DNA of 64,000 bases, from positions 11,796-75,795 of the forward strand of contig JAYZBC010000051.1 in NCBI GenBank assembly GCA_036339375.1, given 5' to 3'. This DNA comes from Pseudomonadota bacterium. Its GTDB lineage: Bacteria > Pseudomonadota > Alphaproteobacteria > MPNO01 > UBA2964. A program made the translations under genes and the position numbers. Shown here one piece after another: positions 18,225-28,344 of the stretch (its first letter is position 1; the number at the start of each line of letters is the position of its first letter). The notes under the pieces are model-generated. The model did no database searches. It saw only the letters and a program-made list of their open reading frames with translations, and was not told where the DNA came from.

Positions 18225-19412
18225 CTAAGGAGAAGCAAAAATCGATTTTTTTCGCTTTCGTTTCTTACGCTTATTAACAGGTTTGTTTTGGTTTTCTTCT
18301 TCAATTCGGGTGTAGTGTGCGTAGCGTTGTTGATGAAACTTAGAATTTCCATATTGGGAGGACAGCGTCATCGCCCGACGCAAAAACAACCCCGCGTCAT
18401 ACTCATCAGTAAATCCGATAGCCCCGTGCATTTGAATAACTGATTTAGTAACCGATAAAACGGCAACAGAAGCCCGGGCTTTTACTGCAGCAACCATTGC
18501 CCTATTGCCGTTGCCCTTATCAACAGCGGAACAAACTTGAAATAATAAAGAACGCAACAATTCTATTTGGATATGATCATTAACTGCCCGATGTTGTAAT
18601 GCTTGAAAACTGCCTATTGGCCGACCAAATTGTTCGCGCGTTTGCAAATAACCAACAGCTAAATCCAAAGCTTGTTCCATTACACCTAGAATTTCTGCTG
18701 AAACACCGAGCAAAATTCGATCATACAAATCAGCAGCCAAACCTTTGCCTTGTTTAACCGCAGCCACCAAACGGTCATCAGCCATTATAGTGGCCTCGGA
18801 AAAAGTTACCTTTCCGTGGGTGGTGCCATCAACCGTGTTTACAGACTCAACCTCAACGCCGAATGTTTCCCTTGGGACAATGATAATAATTGTACCGTCA
18901 GAGGTATTGGCATCAACAAGAAAAAAATCCGCTTCTTTTGCATAAGGAACTGCATTTCGAGTCCCAGTAAGCTGGTAGCCATAATGATAATGTTCCGCAA
19001 AAATTTTTTCCCTCTTAAGTTCTATAGCAAAGGGATCTTGAATGACTGGAACGATGAGTTGACTTCCAGAAAGAAGAGACCTCATGGTTTCTGCCGTTCC
19101 AGTAGCCGCGTGGCCAAATCCTATTGCCCGAGCAGTGGACGCTAATGCCGCTATGGGTTCGGTAATTAACCCCCGGCCAGCTTGCTCCAGTATCAGGGCC
19201 AGTTCAGTTATCCCTAACCCAACCCCCCCGTTCCTTTCTGGAACCATAAGTGACAACCAGCCTGCCTTTGCAATTTCTTTTAATCTCTTTTTATCAAACC
19301 CTGGCTCTTTCTTTCTGCTATCACGAAAGGTATTTGTTCCACCAAATTGTTGAACTAACTTTCTGGCGCTATCCTGTAAAATCCGTTGTTCTTCTTTAAG
19401 AACGAGTTCCAT
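18225..19412 (-). CDS. Acyl-CoA dehydrogenase family, probable non-catalytic subunit of a heteromeric ACAD
   Basis: REQFGRPIGSFQALQH and QMHGAIGF are present; the SEPxxGSD motif and the catalytic Glu are absent. Confidence 0.85.
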   Translation of the reverse strand: MELVLKEEQRILQDSARKLVQQFGGTNTFRDSRKKEPGFDKKRLKEIAKAGWLSLMVPERNGGVGLGITELALILEQAGRGLITEPIAALASTARAIGFGHAATGTAETMRSLLSGSQLIVPVIQDPFAIELKREKIFAEHYHYGYQLTGTRNAVPYAKEADFFLVDANTSDGTIIIIVPRETFGVEVESVNTVDGTTHGKVTFSEATIMADDRLVAAVKQGKGLAADLYDRILLGVSAEILGVMEQALDLAVGYLQTREQFGRPIGSFQALQHRAVNDHIQIELLRSLLFQVCSAVDKGNGNRAMVAAVKARASVAVLSVTKSVIQMHGAIGFTDEYDAGLFLRRAMTLSSQYGNSKFHQQRYAHYTRIEEENQNKPVNKRKKRKRKKSIFASP

Positions 19413-19416
19413 AGTT

Positions 19417-21609
19417 TTAAACAGTCCTTTCCCTGGGCGCCAAAACTACTAGTGCATCCACGGCAAAACCACCCTTCCCCTCTGGCAAAACAATAAATGG
19501 ATTAATGTCTAAAGATTCTATTTTGTCGCCACCGTCCGCAGCAAGTCTTCCAACAGAGATAAGTGTGTCAACAACAGTCTGCCTATCAAATGGGGAGGTT
19601 CCCCGGTACCCGCGGAGCAAGGTCCCTACTCGGGTTTGTTCTATCATTGCCCGCGCCTTTTCTTCACCAAACCCAGGTCTCGCAAAAGTAACATCTTTAA
19701 ACATTTCCAACCAAACACCACCAAGACCAAACATTACGACAGATTCCATTTCAGGATCTCTTTGAATACCGAACACAAGTTCCAATCCGGTTGGAATAAA
19801 TTTTGACACAAGCCAACCCTCTAATTTTATGGAGGAATCAAAGTTTTTTACATTCTTTTTAATCATTTTGCATGCTTGCTCTACTTCTACTTCGTTAACC
19901 AAGGAAAGTTTAACAGCCCCTGCTTCAGATTTATGTGTCAGTGCGGATGCCACACCTTTAACCACCACAGGAAATCCAATTGAGGTAGCTAACTTAACCG
20001 CTTCAGGAGTATTTTTGGCCATCGCCTCTTTAGGTATTGGAATATCATAGGCTTCGAGTAAAGCTTTAGATTCCGGTTCGTTTAATGGAAAGGGAGCACC
20101 TTTTTGTTCCCTAACAACCAACAAAGAGTCCAAAGCCAGACGGGACGGAAGTCTAGTTTTTCTTAATCTCCGTAACCCGGCGTTTCGTAATTGATCCCGG
20201 TAAGAATTAACGTAACGTAAAGTACGAAACGCTCTCTCCGGTTCATTCATTAAAGATATATTGGAGAATTTTTTTCGAGCTTGCCTGCTAAAATCCGTTA
20301 AATCTGCCGACGCCGGGGAGATAAGTCCAATAGGTTTACCCCCATCTTGTAAAAATTTTTGGTCGAAGGCCTCCATCGTCGATAAAACGCGGGTTGTTCT
20401 ACGTATATTTGCTTCGTTCATACCCTCATCACGTGGTAAATCTTCTTGAAATAAAACTGTCCCAATTGCAGGATCTTCTTGAATAGCTTCCATGAGACTA
20501 ACAACAGCTTCTAAAGGCATATTCATAAACCCCGGAGCATCCAACGGATTGCTAACCTGGAGTTTTTCACCAAGGATCTTCCGAAATTTTGCTGCTGTCT
20601 GTGGCGAAAAATCGGGCAACAAAATATCATTACGGTGTGCAGCATCTAAAGACAATCCACGCACACCGCCCGAGTAAACCAAAACACCAACACCTTTTCC
20701 TTGTGGCAAATCAGAATGGACAAAAAATTCAATCAAATCTGCAGCCGCATCACCACTTTCAACTCTGATGACTCCTGATTCACCGGCGACAGCATCAAAA
20801 GCTTCAATTGAGCCCGCCATTGAACCTGTGTGTGCCATAGCGGCAGCACGCCCCTTTTCAGATAAACCCATTTTGAGGGCAATTACCGGCTTCCTTGCAT
20901 CACGGGCACGGCGACACGCTTTCAAAAAATCTTGTGGGCGCCTTACAGCTTCTATGAGACAAAAGATTACTTTAACATCCTGATCTTCAACGAAATAGTT
21001 AATATAATCTGATGTCGTAAGCCCAGTTTCATTGCCGCTCGTTACAATGTAACCCACATCAATACCCCGATCGATCAACGTCCGTCCGAGTCCGGGTGTG
21101 GTTGTTCCGCTTTGGCCCACCATAGCTACAGGTCCTGGAATTAATTCGCGAATTCTATCATCCGGTAGAGAAAGAGACCTTCCCCGGGCTGACAAGCTGC
21201 CAAGACAATTCGGCCCACAAACCGCCAAACCGGTTTCCTCTATGGCTTCCCTGAGCTCTTCCTCTAATTCAATTCCCCTTTTTGTTCCTAGTTCCGAAAA
21301 CCCGGCGGCGTAAATGGTAGCACTTCGACTTCCTATTGCGGCCGCTTCCCGCAAAATTTGTGGTACAAATTTGGCAGCCCGCATAACTACTAAATGGTCG
21401 GGTACACCAGGTAATTCAGAGAGTTTGGGGAAACAAGGAACACCCCAAATTTCAGCAAAATTCGGGTTTATAGGCCATACCGGGCCTTCAAAATCAAAAC
21501 GTTGATAGTTGGCAAAAATTCTGGCGGTCCAACCCATTGGATTTTCACGGGCACCAAGAATGGCTACACTTGTTGGATTTAAAAGAGCTGCTACCTTACC
21601 GGTCATCAT
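19417..21609 (-). CDS. ADP-forming acyl-CoA synthetase (acetate-CoA ligase family, fused alpha-beta)
   Basis: CoA-binding domain (PINP, GPNCLG), phospho-His motif AHTGSMAG, ATP-grasp HKSEAGAV and DINP. Confidence 0.9.
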   Translation of the reverse strand: MMTGKVAALLNPTSVAILGARENPMGWTARIFANYQRFDFEGPVWPINPNFAEIWGVPCFPKLSELPGVPDHLVVMRAAKFVPQILREAAAIGSRSATIYAAGFSELGTKRGIELEEELREAIEETGLAVCGPNCLGSLSARGRSLSLPDDRIRELIPGPVAMVGQSGTTTPGLGRTLIDRGIDVGYIVTSGNETGLTTSDYINYFVEDQDVKVIFCLIEAVRRPQDFLKACRRARDARKPVIALKMGLSEKGRAAAMAHTGSMAGSIEAFDAVAGESGVIRVESGDAAADLIEFFVHSDLPQGKGVGVLVYSGGVRGLSLDAAHRNDILLPDFSPQTAAKFRKILGEKLQVSNPLDAPGFMNMPLEAVVSLMEAIQEDPAIGTVLFQEDLPRDEGMNEANIRRTTRVLSTMEAFDQKFLQDGGKPIGLISPASADLTDFSRQARKKFSNISLMNEPERAFRTLRYVNSYRDQLRNAGLRRLRKTRLPSRLALDSLLVVREQKGAPFPLNEPESKALLEAYDIPIPKEAMAKNTPEAVKLATSIGFPVVVKGVASALTHKSEAGAVKLSLVNEVEVEQACKMIKKNVKNFDSSIKLEGWLVSKFIPTGLELVFGIQRDPEMESVVMFGLGGVWLEMFKDVTFARPGFGEEKARAMIEQTRVGTLLRGYRGTSPFDRQTVVDTLISVGRLAADGGDKIESLDINPFIVLPEGKGGFAVDALVVLAPRERTV

Positions 21610-21749
21610 CTTCGTAATAATTTATTAATTAACTATTTTATAGTCATTAGTGTTTCTTGGTTGTCTGAGGTTAGCATGCCGTACATTCGTTGACAGCAAG
21701 GCAGGCACAGATAAATTTAAGTTTTGTTATTTTCAATAAATTAAAAATC

Positions 21750-22931
21750 ATGAAAAACCAACTTCTAGAAAAAGATATAGCGATTATTGGGTATTCGGAA
21801 ACGAAGAATATCCGAAGGTCGGGAAGGTCAACCTACGACATAGCAGCTGAAGCGGCTTCCAAGGTTTTGGACTATGTGGGCCTTAGCAATAGAGACATTG
21901 ATGGAATGGCGACCGTACTACCTTCAAGCGAAGCTGGAAATAATTTTTGGTCGAATTATTTAGCTGACCATTTAGGGCTGCAAACAACATGGACGCAAAC
22001 CACTGATTTAGGCGGCGCTTCAATGCTCGCCAATGTGGCCCGGGCTGCCGCAGCTATTCAGTCTGGTTATTGTGAAATGGTCATGTCGGTAGCAGCAGCG
22101 GCTCCCACAACCCGTCGTGTTGATGACCAAAGGTCGTATAGATCAGAGTTTCGAAACCCCACTGGCATACAAGGACCTCCAGGTGCTTTTGGATTATTGA
22201 TGCACCGCTATAAGCATCAATATAATCTTGATTTTACGGCATTAGGAAAATTGGCTGTAGAGCAACGAAAAGGGGCACTTTTAAACAATAATGCCGTAGA
22301 AAGTTTAAGGAAACCTATTACCGTTGAGGATTATCTAAATGCAAGGATGGTATCTACCCCCCTCCGGTTGCTCGATTCGGTCATGCCCTGTGACGGCGGG
22401 AATGCTATCATAATGACCACAACTGAACGGGCAAAAAAAATGGGGATCAAAAAATTTGTCCATCCTATAGGGTATGCCGAAATGACCAACTTCAATGTAC
22501 GAGACCAATTGCCCGATATCACAGAAACCGGTTTCTCTGTAGTTGGTCCCAAAGTGCTTGAAAACACCGAATTATCTGTCGACGATATTGATATGTTTCA
22601 TCCTTATGACGATTTTTTAATTGCCGAATTTTTGCAGTTGGAACAGATTGGGTTTTGCAATCGGGGAGAAGCCTCTGAATTTATTTTGTCGACAGATATT
22701 TCCCCTAAAGGACATTTACCTATCAACACAGGTGGAGGCCAAATTTCTGCGGGTCAGCCGGGATTAGCGGGGGGGCAACTCAATTTGATTGAAGCGATCC
22801 GACAACTATTTGCAGAAGCAAAAGACCGGCAAGTTCCTAATCCTTCAACGGCGATGGTAACCGGGATTGGAGTGATTCCCTATGTTCGAAATTGGGGATC
22901 AAGTACCGCGTTAGTTTTGGAGCGCGGATGA
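21750..22931 (+). CDS. Thiolase-fold protein (SCP2-thiolase/Ltp2-like) lacking canonical catalytic residues
   Basis: AIIGYSET, DLGGAS, MPCDGG, YDDF, PINTGGGQIS and AIRQL. Start probably ATG 21750. Confidence 0.88.
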   Translation: MKNQLLEKDIAIIGYSETKNIRRSGRSTYDIAAEAASKVLDYVGLSNRDIDGMATVLPSSEAGNNFWSNYLADHLGLQTTWTQTTDLGGASMLANVARAAAAIQSGYCEMVMSVAAAAPTTRRVDDQRSYRSEFRNPTGIQGPPGAFGLLMHRYKHQYNLDFTALGKLAVEQRKGALLNNNAVESLRKPITVEDYLNARMVSTPLRLLDSVMPCDGGNAIIMTTTERAKKMGIKKFVHPIGYAEMTNFNVRDQLPDITETGFSVVGPKVLENTELSVDDIDMFHPYDDFLIAEFLQLEQIGFCNRGEASEFILSTDISPKGHLPINTGGGQISAGQPGLAGGQLNLIEAIRQLFAEAKDRQVPNPSTAMVTGIGVIPYVRNWGSSTALVLERG

Positions 22932-23344
22932 TGAAATTGGAAAAACATTCTCGGCCCGCCCCAACACCAACGAATATCACCCAAGAATTTTGGAATGCTA
23001 TTAAAGAACATAATTTTTTACTCCAATTTGACCGGGATTCAAAAAAATATCAGTTCTATCCGCGAGCGCTGAGTGTTCATAGCGGTAAACAGAATCTAGA
23101 ATGGCGTGAAGCCTCAGGCCAGGGGACAGTTTACTCGTATACTGAGACACACATTCCGGCGCGTGGATTTGAAGGGCTTGAACCCTATTTAATTGTTACA
23201 GTGGAATTGGATGAGGGTGTCCGGCTAATGAGCCTGCTTTACAACTGTTCTGTCGAACAAGTTAAAATAGGTATGAAGGTCCGAATATGTTGGGATAAAA
23301 TAAATGAAGAATTTGACTATTTTGCTTTTGAACCAGAACCTTAA
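22928..23344 (+). CDS. DUF35-type OB-fold protein (thiolase partner)
   Basis: FWNAI...FYPR...SGQGTVYSYT...VELDEGVRLMS...IGMKV. ATGA overlap with the thiolase stop. The usual Zn-ribbon CxxC pairs are absent. Confidence 0.88.
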   Translation: MMKLEKHSRPAPTPTNITQEFWNAIKEHNFLLQFDRDSKKYQFYPRALSVHSGKQNLEWREASGQGTVYSYTETHIPARGFEGLEPYLIVTVELDEGVRLMSLLYNCSVEQVKIGMKVRICWDKINEEFDYFAFEPEP

Positions 23345-23350
23345 ATTCCC

Positions 23351-24511
23351 ATGCAATCTCTAAGTTTCTTAGTTGACAACGCGAAGGATGCAAAATTTCG
23401 TTCTGAAGTCAGAGAATGGATAAAATTAAACCTGCCAAAAGAGTTGCAAGGTTGGGCAACGCGTCCACCACGAAATTTAATTCAGCCGTGGCACTTTAAG
23501 CTTTATGAAAAGGGATGGATTGCTCCTCACTGGACAAAAAAATATGGTGGTATGGAAGCAACGCTGAGCGAACAGCTCATCCTGCAAGAAGAGCTAGGTT
23601 ACGCCGGCGCCCCGGTATTATCACGTCAAGCCCTCGGCCATATTGGCCCCATTTTAATGCGTCATGGTACTGAAACCCAAAAAGCCGAACATCTGCCCAA
23701 AATGCTTTCCGGTGAAACCATGTGGTGCCAAGGATATTCTGAACCTGGGTCGGGGTCAGATCTTGCAAGTTTGAAAACCCGGGGTGAAATTGAGGGAAAA
23801 GAGATCGTAATCAATGGCCAGAAGATTTGGACCACTGGGGCCCATTATGCCGATTGGATGTATGCACTTATTCGTACCAATCCTGATGCGCCAAAAAAAC
23901 AGGGTGGAATTTCTATGGTTTTAATTGATCTCACTACACCAAATATTAATATCAGACCGATAAAGACCATAGCTGATGATGAAGAATTTTCAGAAGTTTT
24001 TTTTGACAATACCCGCATTCCCAAAAGTAATCTTGTTGGAAACTTAAATGAAGGCTGGACAGTTGCAAAAGCTCTTTTGGCCTCAGAACGCATAGGTAAT
24101 GCCAACCCTCAGTTAGCTTTGCAGTCTCTCGATCGTTTGCAACGTGTCGCGAAAGCAACCGGTATGAACCTTGACGCCGCGTTCCAGGAAAAAATTACCC
24201 AGATTGAAATGGATGTCCTTGCTCAATCTGCTGTCTTTGCCCATGCTGTTCAGCAAGCTCAGTCAGAAATGGATATAGGGGCAGGATCTTCATTCATGAA
24301 AATTGTTGCTACGGAAAACGTACAAAAAATTGCAGATCTAATGTTTGAAGCAGCCGGAGAATATGCTGCCGATGAAAAGCCAATACAAACGGATGAGGGG
24401 CCGGTTGACGTTTCGGTCCTTTGGCGTGAGGTTCGCAGAATCACAATTTATGCTGGTTCCAGTGAAATCCAACGTAATATTACTGCCAAGCGAGTTTTAG
24501 GCTTGCCGTGA
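23351..24511 (+). CDS. Acyl-CoA dehydrogenase, probable catalytic subunit (FadE26/FadE29-like)
   Basis: WCQGYSEPGSGSDLASL, NGQKIWTT, LASER (Glu) and IYAGSSEIQRNI. Confidence 0.92.
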   Translation: MQSLSFLVDNAKDAKFRSEVREWIKLNLPKELQGWATRPPRNLIQPWHFKLYEKGWIAPHWTKKYGGMEATLSEQLILQEELGYAGAPVLSRQALGHIGPILMRHGTETQKAEHLPKMLSGETMWCQGYSEPGSGSDLASLKTRGEIEGKEIVINGQKIWTTGAHYADWMYALIRTNPDAPKKQGGISMVLIDLTTPNINIRPIKTIADDEEFSEVFFDNTRIPKSNLVGNLNEGWTVAKALLASERIGNANPQLALQSLDRLQRVAKATGMNLDAAFQEKITQIEMDVLAQSAVFAHAVQQAQSEMDIGAGSSFMKIVATENVQKIADLMFEAAGEYAADEKPIQTDEGPVDVSVLWREVRRITIYAGSSEIQRNITAKRVLGLP

Positions 24512-24515
24512 TACT

Positions 24516-25358
24516 TTAAGACGAAGGGGATTGTTGTTCAAAAAATGTCGGCTCCTCTCGAGCATTTTCCGCCGCTGTATTCAATTGCAATTTTGGATCC
24601 CAAAATTTTCCGACAAACCTAGCCCCATTAACGTTATCAGAGTGTTCTGAAGCAAGCCAAACCGCAAGAGGATCCATTATGTCGATAGGCAGTAATACTT
24701 TGTTAGCGTCTTTTGGTCGGTTCGGATCAGAGTCAGCCGAACCTCCGGGAAGAAGCGCATTTACAGTGATGCCACTCCCGTCGAGGTCTCGTGCCCAAAC
24801 TAAAGTTTCAGATTCGACGGCTGCTTTAGTAACACCGTAGGGTGAGTTGTGCTTTCCCGAAAAATTCCGGCGCGACGTGGATAAATTAATTATTTTTCCT
24901 GCTCCGGCCTTGCGGAAATGCTCAATAGCTGCACGAGCCATAAAGAATGTGCCAATTACATTGACTTCTACTGACTGGCGATAAATTTCGGGGTCTGTTT
25001 CAAAAAATGGCAGTGAGTTTCCATGCGGAGGTAATCCTGGGCCCCTCATTAAACGACGCGCATTATTAAAAAGGACATCTAAACGGCCAAACCGGTCCAA
25101 AGCTTCCTTCACAAGATCCCGGCACTGCGTTAAATCTGTTATGTCTGTCTTGACCGAAAAACCACATTCCTGTCCGACGTAATTTTCAAGTTCCCTAACA
25201 GCATTATCACAAAATTTTTTATCAATCGCAGCTATCACCAACTTTGCTCCACACTTTGCTAAAGCTTTTGCCATTGACAGACCGAGACCCCTGTCACCGC
25301 CTGTCATTATGACTACTCGCTCATCAAGCGTAATTTTAGGAAGAGGAAATGTGGCCAT
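24516..25358 (-). CDS. SDR family oxidoreductase
   Basis: TGGDRGLG, LFNNA and SPYGVTK. Confidence 0.88.
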   Translation of the reverse strand: MATFPLPKITLDERVVIMTGGDRGLGLSMAKALAKCGAKLVIAAIDKKFCDNAVRELENYVGQECGFSVKTDITDLTQCRDLVKEALDRFGRLDVLFNNARRLMRGPGLPPHGNSLPFFETDPEIYRQSVEVNVIGTFFMARAAIEHFRKAGAGKIINLSTSRRNFSGKHNSPYGVTKAAVESETLVWARDLDGSGITVNALLPGGSADSDPNRPKDANKVLLPIDIMDPLAVWLASEHSDNVNGARFVGKFWDPKLQLNTAAENAREEPTFFEQQSPSS

Positions 25359-25394
25359 AGTTTCTTAAAATTTGGTTAAAAACATGCTTTTTTG

Positions 25395-25916
25395 TTAGGT
25401 TCTTTTGTAATTCATTTTTAGAGCGTCCTGCGCTCTCCGTTCCTCATCTACAATTAAACCATGTCCCAAAGTGAGGCGGTTCATCATAGAAAATCTTGCG
25501 CAGACAGCGATGGCCTCATGAAAGGATTGCTCATCCCAACCTACAGCAAAAACAGCATCAGCATCTCGCTGGGTAATCCGAGCCGGTGTAAGAGTTAACT
25601 TTTTAATGAATTCAAGCAGTGGTTTCATTTCCTCTCTTATGGGTGCCGTTGCAATGTCATTGCCTAACGGTTCGAAGACGCTTTGATCGACACCTAAGTT
25701 TACAGCGACTCGGGAGTGGCCAGAAAAACAATACTCGGATGAATTCAATTGAGAAACAAATGCTGCGATTAATTCTTTGTCTGCTGGTGATAACATGCCT
25801 TCATTTCGCATGAAAGAACGAGAAAATTTTGATAGTGCTTTGTGCCCTTTTGGGTTGAAACGGTCCCACATTGCACGAACGCCAGCATCGTCTGGCAGAG
25901 AAGGAAAAAATGGCAT
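25395..25916 (-). CDS. AhpD / carboxymuconolactone decarboxylase-like peroxidase-related protein
   Basis: KELIAAFVSQLNSSEYCFSGH and LLEFIKKLTLTPARIT; GGAGG RBS. Confidence 0.82.
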   Translation of the reverse strand: MPFFPSLPDDAGVRAMWDRFNPKGHKALSKFSRSFMRNEGMLSPADKELIAAFVSQLNSSEYCFSGHSRVAVNLGVDQSVFEPLGNDIATAPIREEMKPLLEFIKKLTLTPARITQRDADAVFAVGWDEQSFHEAIAVCARFSMMNRLTLGHGLIVDEERRAQDALKMNYKRT

Positions 25917-26219
25917 TAAAGACCTCCCAAATTATTAAAGGGACCCGAATATGGGTTTTATACCTTATACACCGTCGTTTAAACTAGAGCCTTTTAGCCT
26001 AAAAATTTTTCTACATCTTGAATCTGAACGCCAAACGAAGTCCTACGAATAAGGTGTATGGCATCAACTTTTTTAGTGTTAAATCCAAGTGACCTTGAGG
26101 TCTGGGTTGATTTTTCTGGCCCCAGACATTTCCCGAAAAGAAAAAATGGATAAAGATACAAGTAGTTATTTTGTAAGTTTTTTCACATTTTACCTTCGTT
26201 CAAGTCTTCAGGTGTTTTG

Positions 26220-27740
26220 TTAAATCTTAGGTTTACGAGAGGTCGAAACCAAACTTTGACGCAGTTTAATAACCAGAGGCCACAGAAAAAGTAAAATTGC
26301 GATAATCATAATTGTCCCAGCGATTGGACGAGCGAAAAAGATCTCCACAGAACCATGTGACATGATGAATGACTGTCGCATTGCGGGTTCTGCTAGCGGA
26401 CCAAGGACAATTGCAAGAACAGCAGGTGCGAGTGGATAGTCTAGCTTGCGCATAAGGTATCCTACCAGACCGAAGATTAACATAAGCCAAACATCATGCA
26501 TGTCCTTAGTGGGAGCAAAACCACCAACGACACATAAAACATAAATAATTGGTGCTAAAATGGTGAAGGGCATTTTTAACACCGCTACGAAGGCAGGGAT
26601 AAAGGCAATATTTATTAACAACGCAAAAAGGTTTGCGGCATATAAACTGGCTATCAAAGGCCAGACAAAATCCTTATGGTCTACAAATAATAGGGGGCCA
26701 GGCTCAAGCCCCCAAATCACCATTCCACCCAGGAGAATTGCCGTTGTTGGCGATCCAGGAATGCCCAAAGTCAACATAGGAAGCATTGAACCAGTACTAG
26801 CCGCATTATTAGCCGATTCGGGTGCCACGATGCCTTCTATATTTCCCTTGCCAAACGTTTCAGGGTTTTTCGAAATTGTTTTGGCAACACCGTAGGCCAT
26901 CAACGCACCGGGTGTTGCTCCAGCGGCGGGCAATATTCCAACAAAATAACCAAGGAGAGACCCCATCACCATCGTCTTTGCCGTCCGCATCAGACTCTTC
27001 AGCGCTTCCAGAGTTCGCGCTATGGAAACAGTGGCCTTACTAATTACCATCTCACCCTTACTTTGTTCGATTGTCCACAGCATTTCCCCAATACCGTAAA
27101 TACCGATGGCAAGAACCAAGAAATTAATCCCGTGGTAAAACCCTGTCAGATCCATAAAAATTAACCGGGGTTGGCCACTTACAATGTCAAGACCAACGGC
27201 ACTTAGGACTAGCCCAATCAATATGGAGAAGATCGTTTTAGGAATATCATCCCCCCCCAAGCCAATGAACGTCGCAAAGGCAAGGATCATCAAGGCAAAC
27301 ACTTCGGGTGGACCGAATGCCAGTGCCACGTCCGCTAGGGGAGGAGCAAAAAGGGTGAATAGAATTACCGAAATAGTGCCTCCAATAAAAGATGCCGTTG
27401 CTGCTGCCACTAGTGCCTTGTCCGCTTGTCCTTTAAGCGCTAGTGGACGCCCATCAAAGGTTGTGGCTACAGCTGTAGATGCTCCCGGAATACCTAACAT
27501 AACTGAGCTAATTGCACCGCCATACATCGCACCATAATAAAGTGCAGCTAGAAAGATGATGGCACCCGTGGGAGGCACTAGGAAAGTCATGGGCAACAAA
27601 ATAGCCACCCCGTTTACAGAACCGAGGCCGGGCATAGCTCCGATGAAAAGTCCAACCAGGCACCCCAAAATTACCAGACCTAAATTAAGGGGTTGGAACG
27701 CTATTAAAAAACCTTCAACGAGAAGGTCAAATACTTCCAT
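26220..27740 (-). CDS. tctA: Tripartite tricarboxylate transporter large subunit
   Basis: GAMPGLG, YGGAISSVMLGIPG, GIVAPESANNA and LTLGIPGS. Confidence 0.93.
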   Translation of the reverse strand: MEVFDLLVEGFLIAFQPLNLGLVILGCLVGLFIGAMPGLGSVNGVAILLPMTFLVPPTGAIIFLAALYYGAMYGGAISSVMLGIPGASTAVATTFDGRPLALKGQADKALVAAATASFIGGTISVILFTLFAPPLADVALAFGPPEVFALMILAFATFIGLGGDDIPKTIFSILIGLVLSAVGLDIVSGQPRLIFMDLTGFYHGINFLVLAIGIYGIGEMLWTIEQSKGEMVISKATVSIARTLEALKSLMRTAKTMVMGSLLGYFVGILPAAGATPGALMAYGVAKTISKNPETFGKGNIEGIVAPESANNAASTGSMLPMLTLGIPGSPTTAILLGGMVIWGLEPGPLLFVDHKDFVWPLIASLYAANLFALLINIAFIPAFVAVLKMPFTILAPIIYVLCVVGGFAPTKDMHDVWLMLIFGLVGYLMRKLDYPLAPAVLAIVLGPLAEPAMRQSFIMSHGSVEIFFARPIAGTIMIIAILLFLWPLVIKLRQSLVSTSRKPKI

Positions 27741-27792
27741 TCTTGTCTTACTCTCTTCTAATTTTTAAAATGGCCAGCTTGTTTAGACATAA

Positions 27793-28308
27793 TCAAAGAA
27801 AAATATCGTAAAGCGGGTAATAAACCCAATCATTTAAAAACCATTTTCCTGCCATCCCCTTCGGCAACTCAATTTTTAGTGCAATCTCAAAAAAGAAAAA
27901 CGTAAAAATTGGCGTAACTACAGCAATACTATTTGTTAGACCCCATGAATGGTTTCCAACAAATCGGATGTAGAAAATCAGGTATAACAATACAGACAAA
28001 TAAACCCCTACCACGTGGATAAGCCCTATCATTACCGTCAAAGACCCAGCACCTATGAGAAATAGGTGTAATCCTCTTTTGTCCATATATGGTAATTTAG
28101 AACGTGATGGGGGACTTTTTCGGCGGTACCATCTTACACCAATCCAAAGACAACAGGCCAACATGCATGCTGATAGCCAAAAAGGGAAGGCTCCACCGCC
28201 TGGTCCTGTTTTTGGATGCCATCCGATTGGAAGTTCGGCACTCTTAATCATTAGATAGAGGGAGAAAACCGCTAAAACAAAAGCCATGGCAAGTTCGGCC
28301 AAACGCAT
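27793..28308 (-). CDS. tctB: Tripartite tricarboxylate transporter small subunit
   Basis: GPGGGAFPFWL, about four TM segments, FFEIALKIELPKG; lies between tctC and tctA. ATG 28308 behind GAGG. Confidence 0.87.
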   Translation of the reverse strand: MRLAELAMAFVLAVFSLYLMIKSAELPIGWHPKTGPGGGAFPFWLSACMLACCLWIGVRWYRRKSPPSRSKLPYMDKRGLHLFLIGAGSLTVMIGLIHVVGVYLSVLLYLIFYIRFVGNHSWGLTNSIAVVTPIFTFFFFEIALKIELPKGMAGKWFLNDWVYYPLYDIFL

Positions 28309-28344
28309 GGCGATCCTCTCCCCCAAAGTTTAGGTTCTACTGCT

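Noticed and set aside
25917-26219. Possible ncRNA, riboswitch or small ORF in the longer spacers (also 48978-49306, 54450-54740, 62257-62512)
   Set aside because: I could not recognise a conserved RNA motif or strong structure by eye. An Infernal/Rfam scan would be needed.
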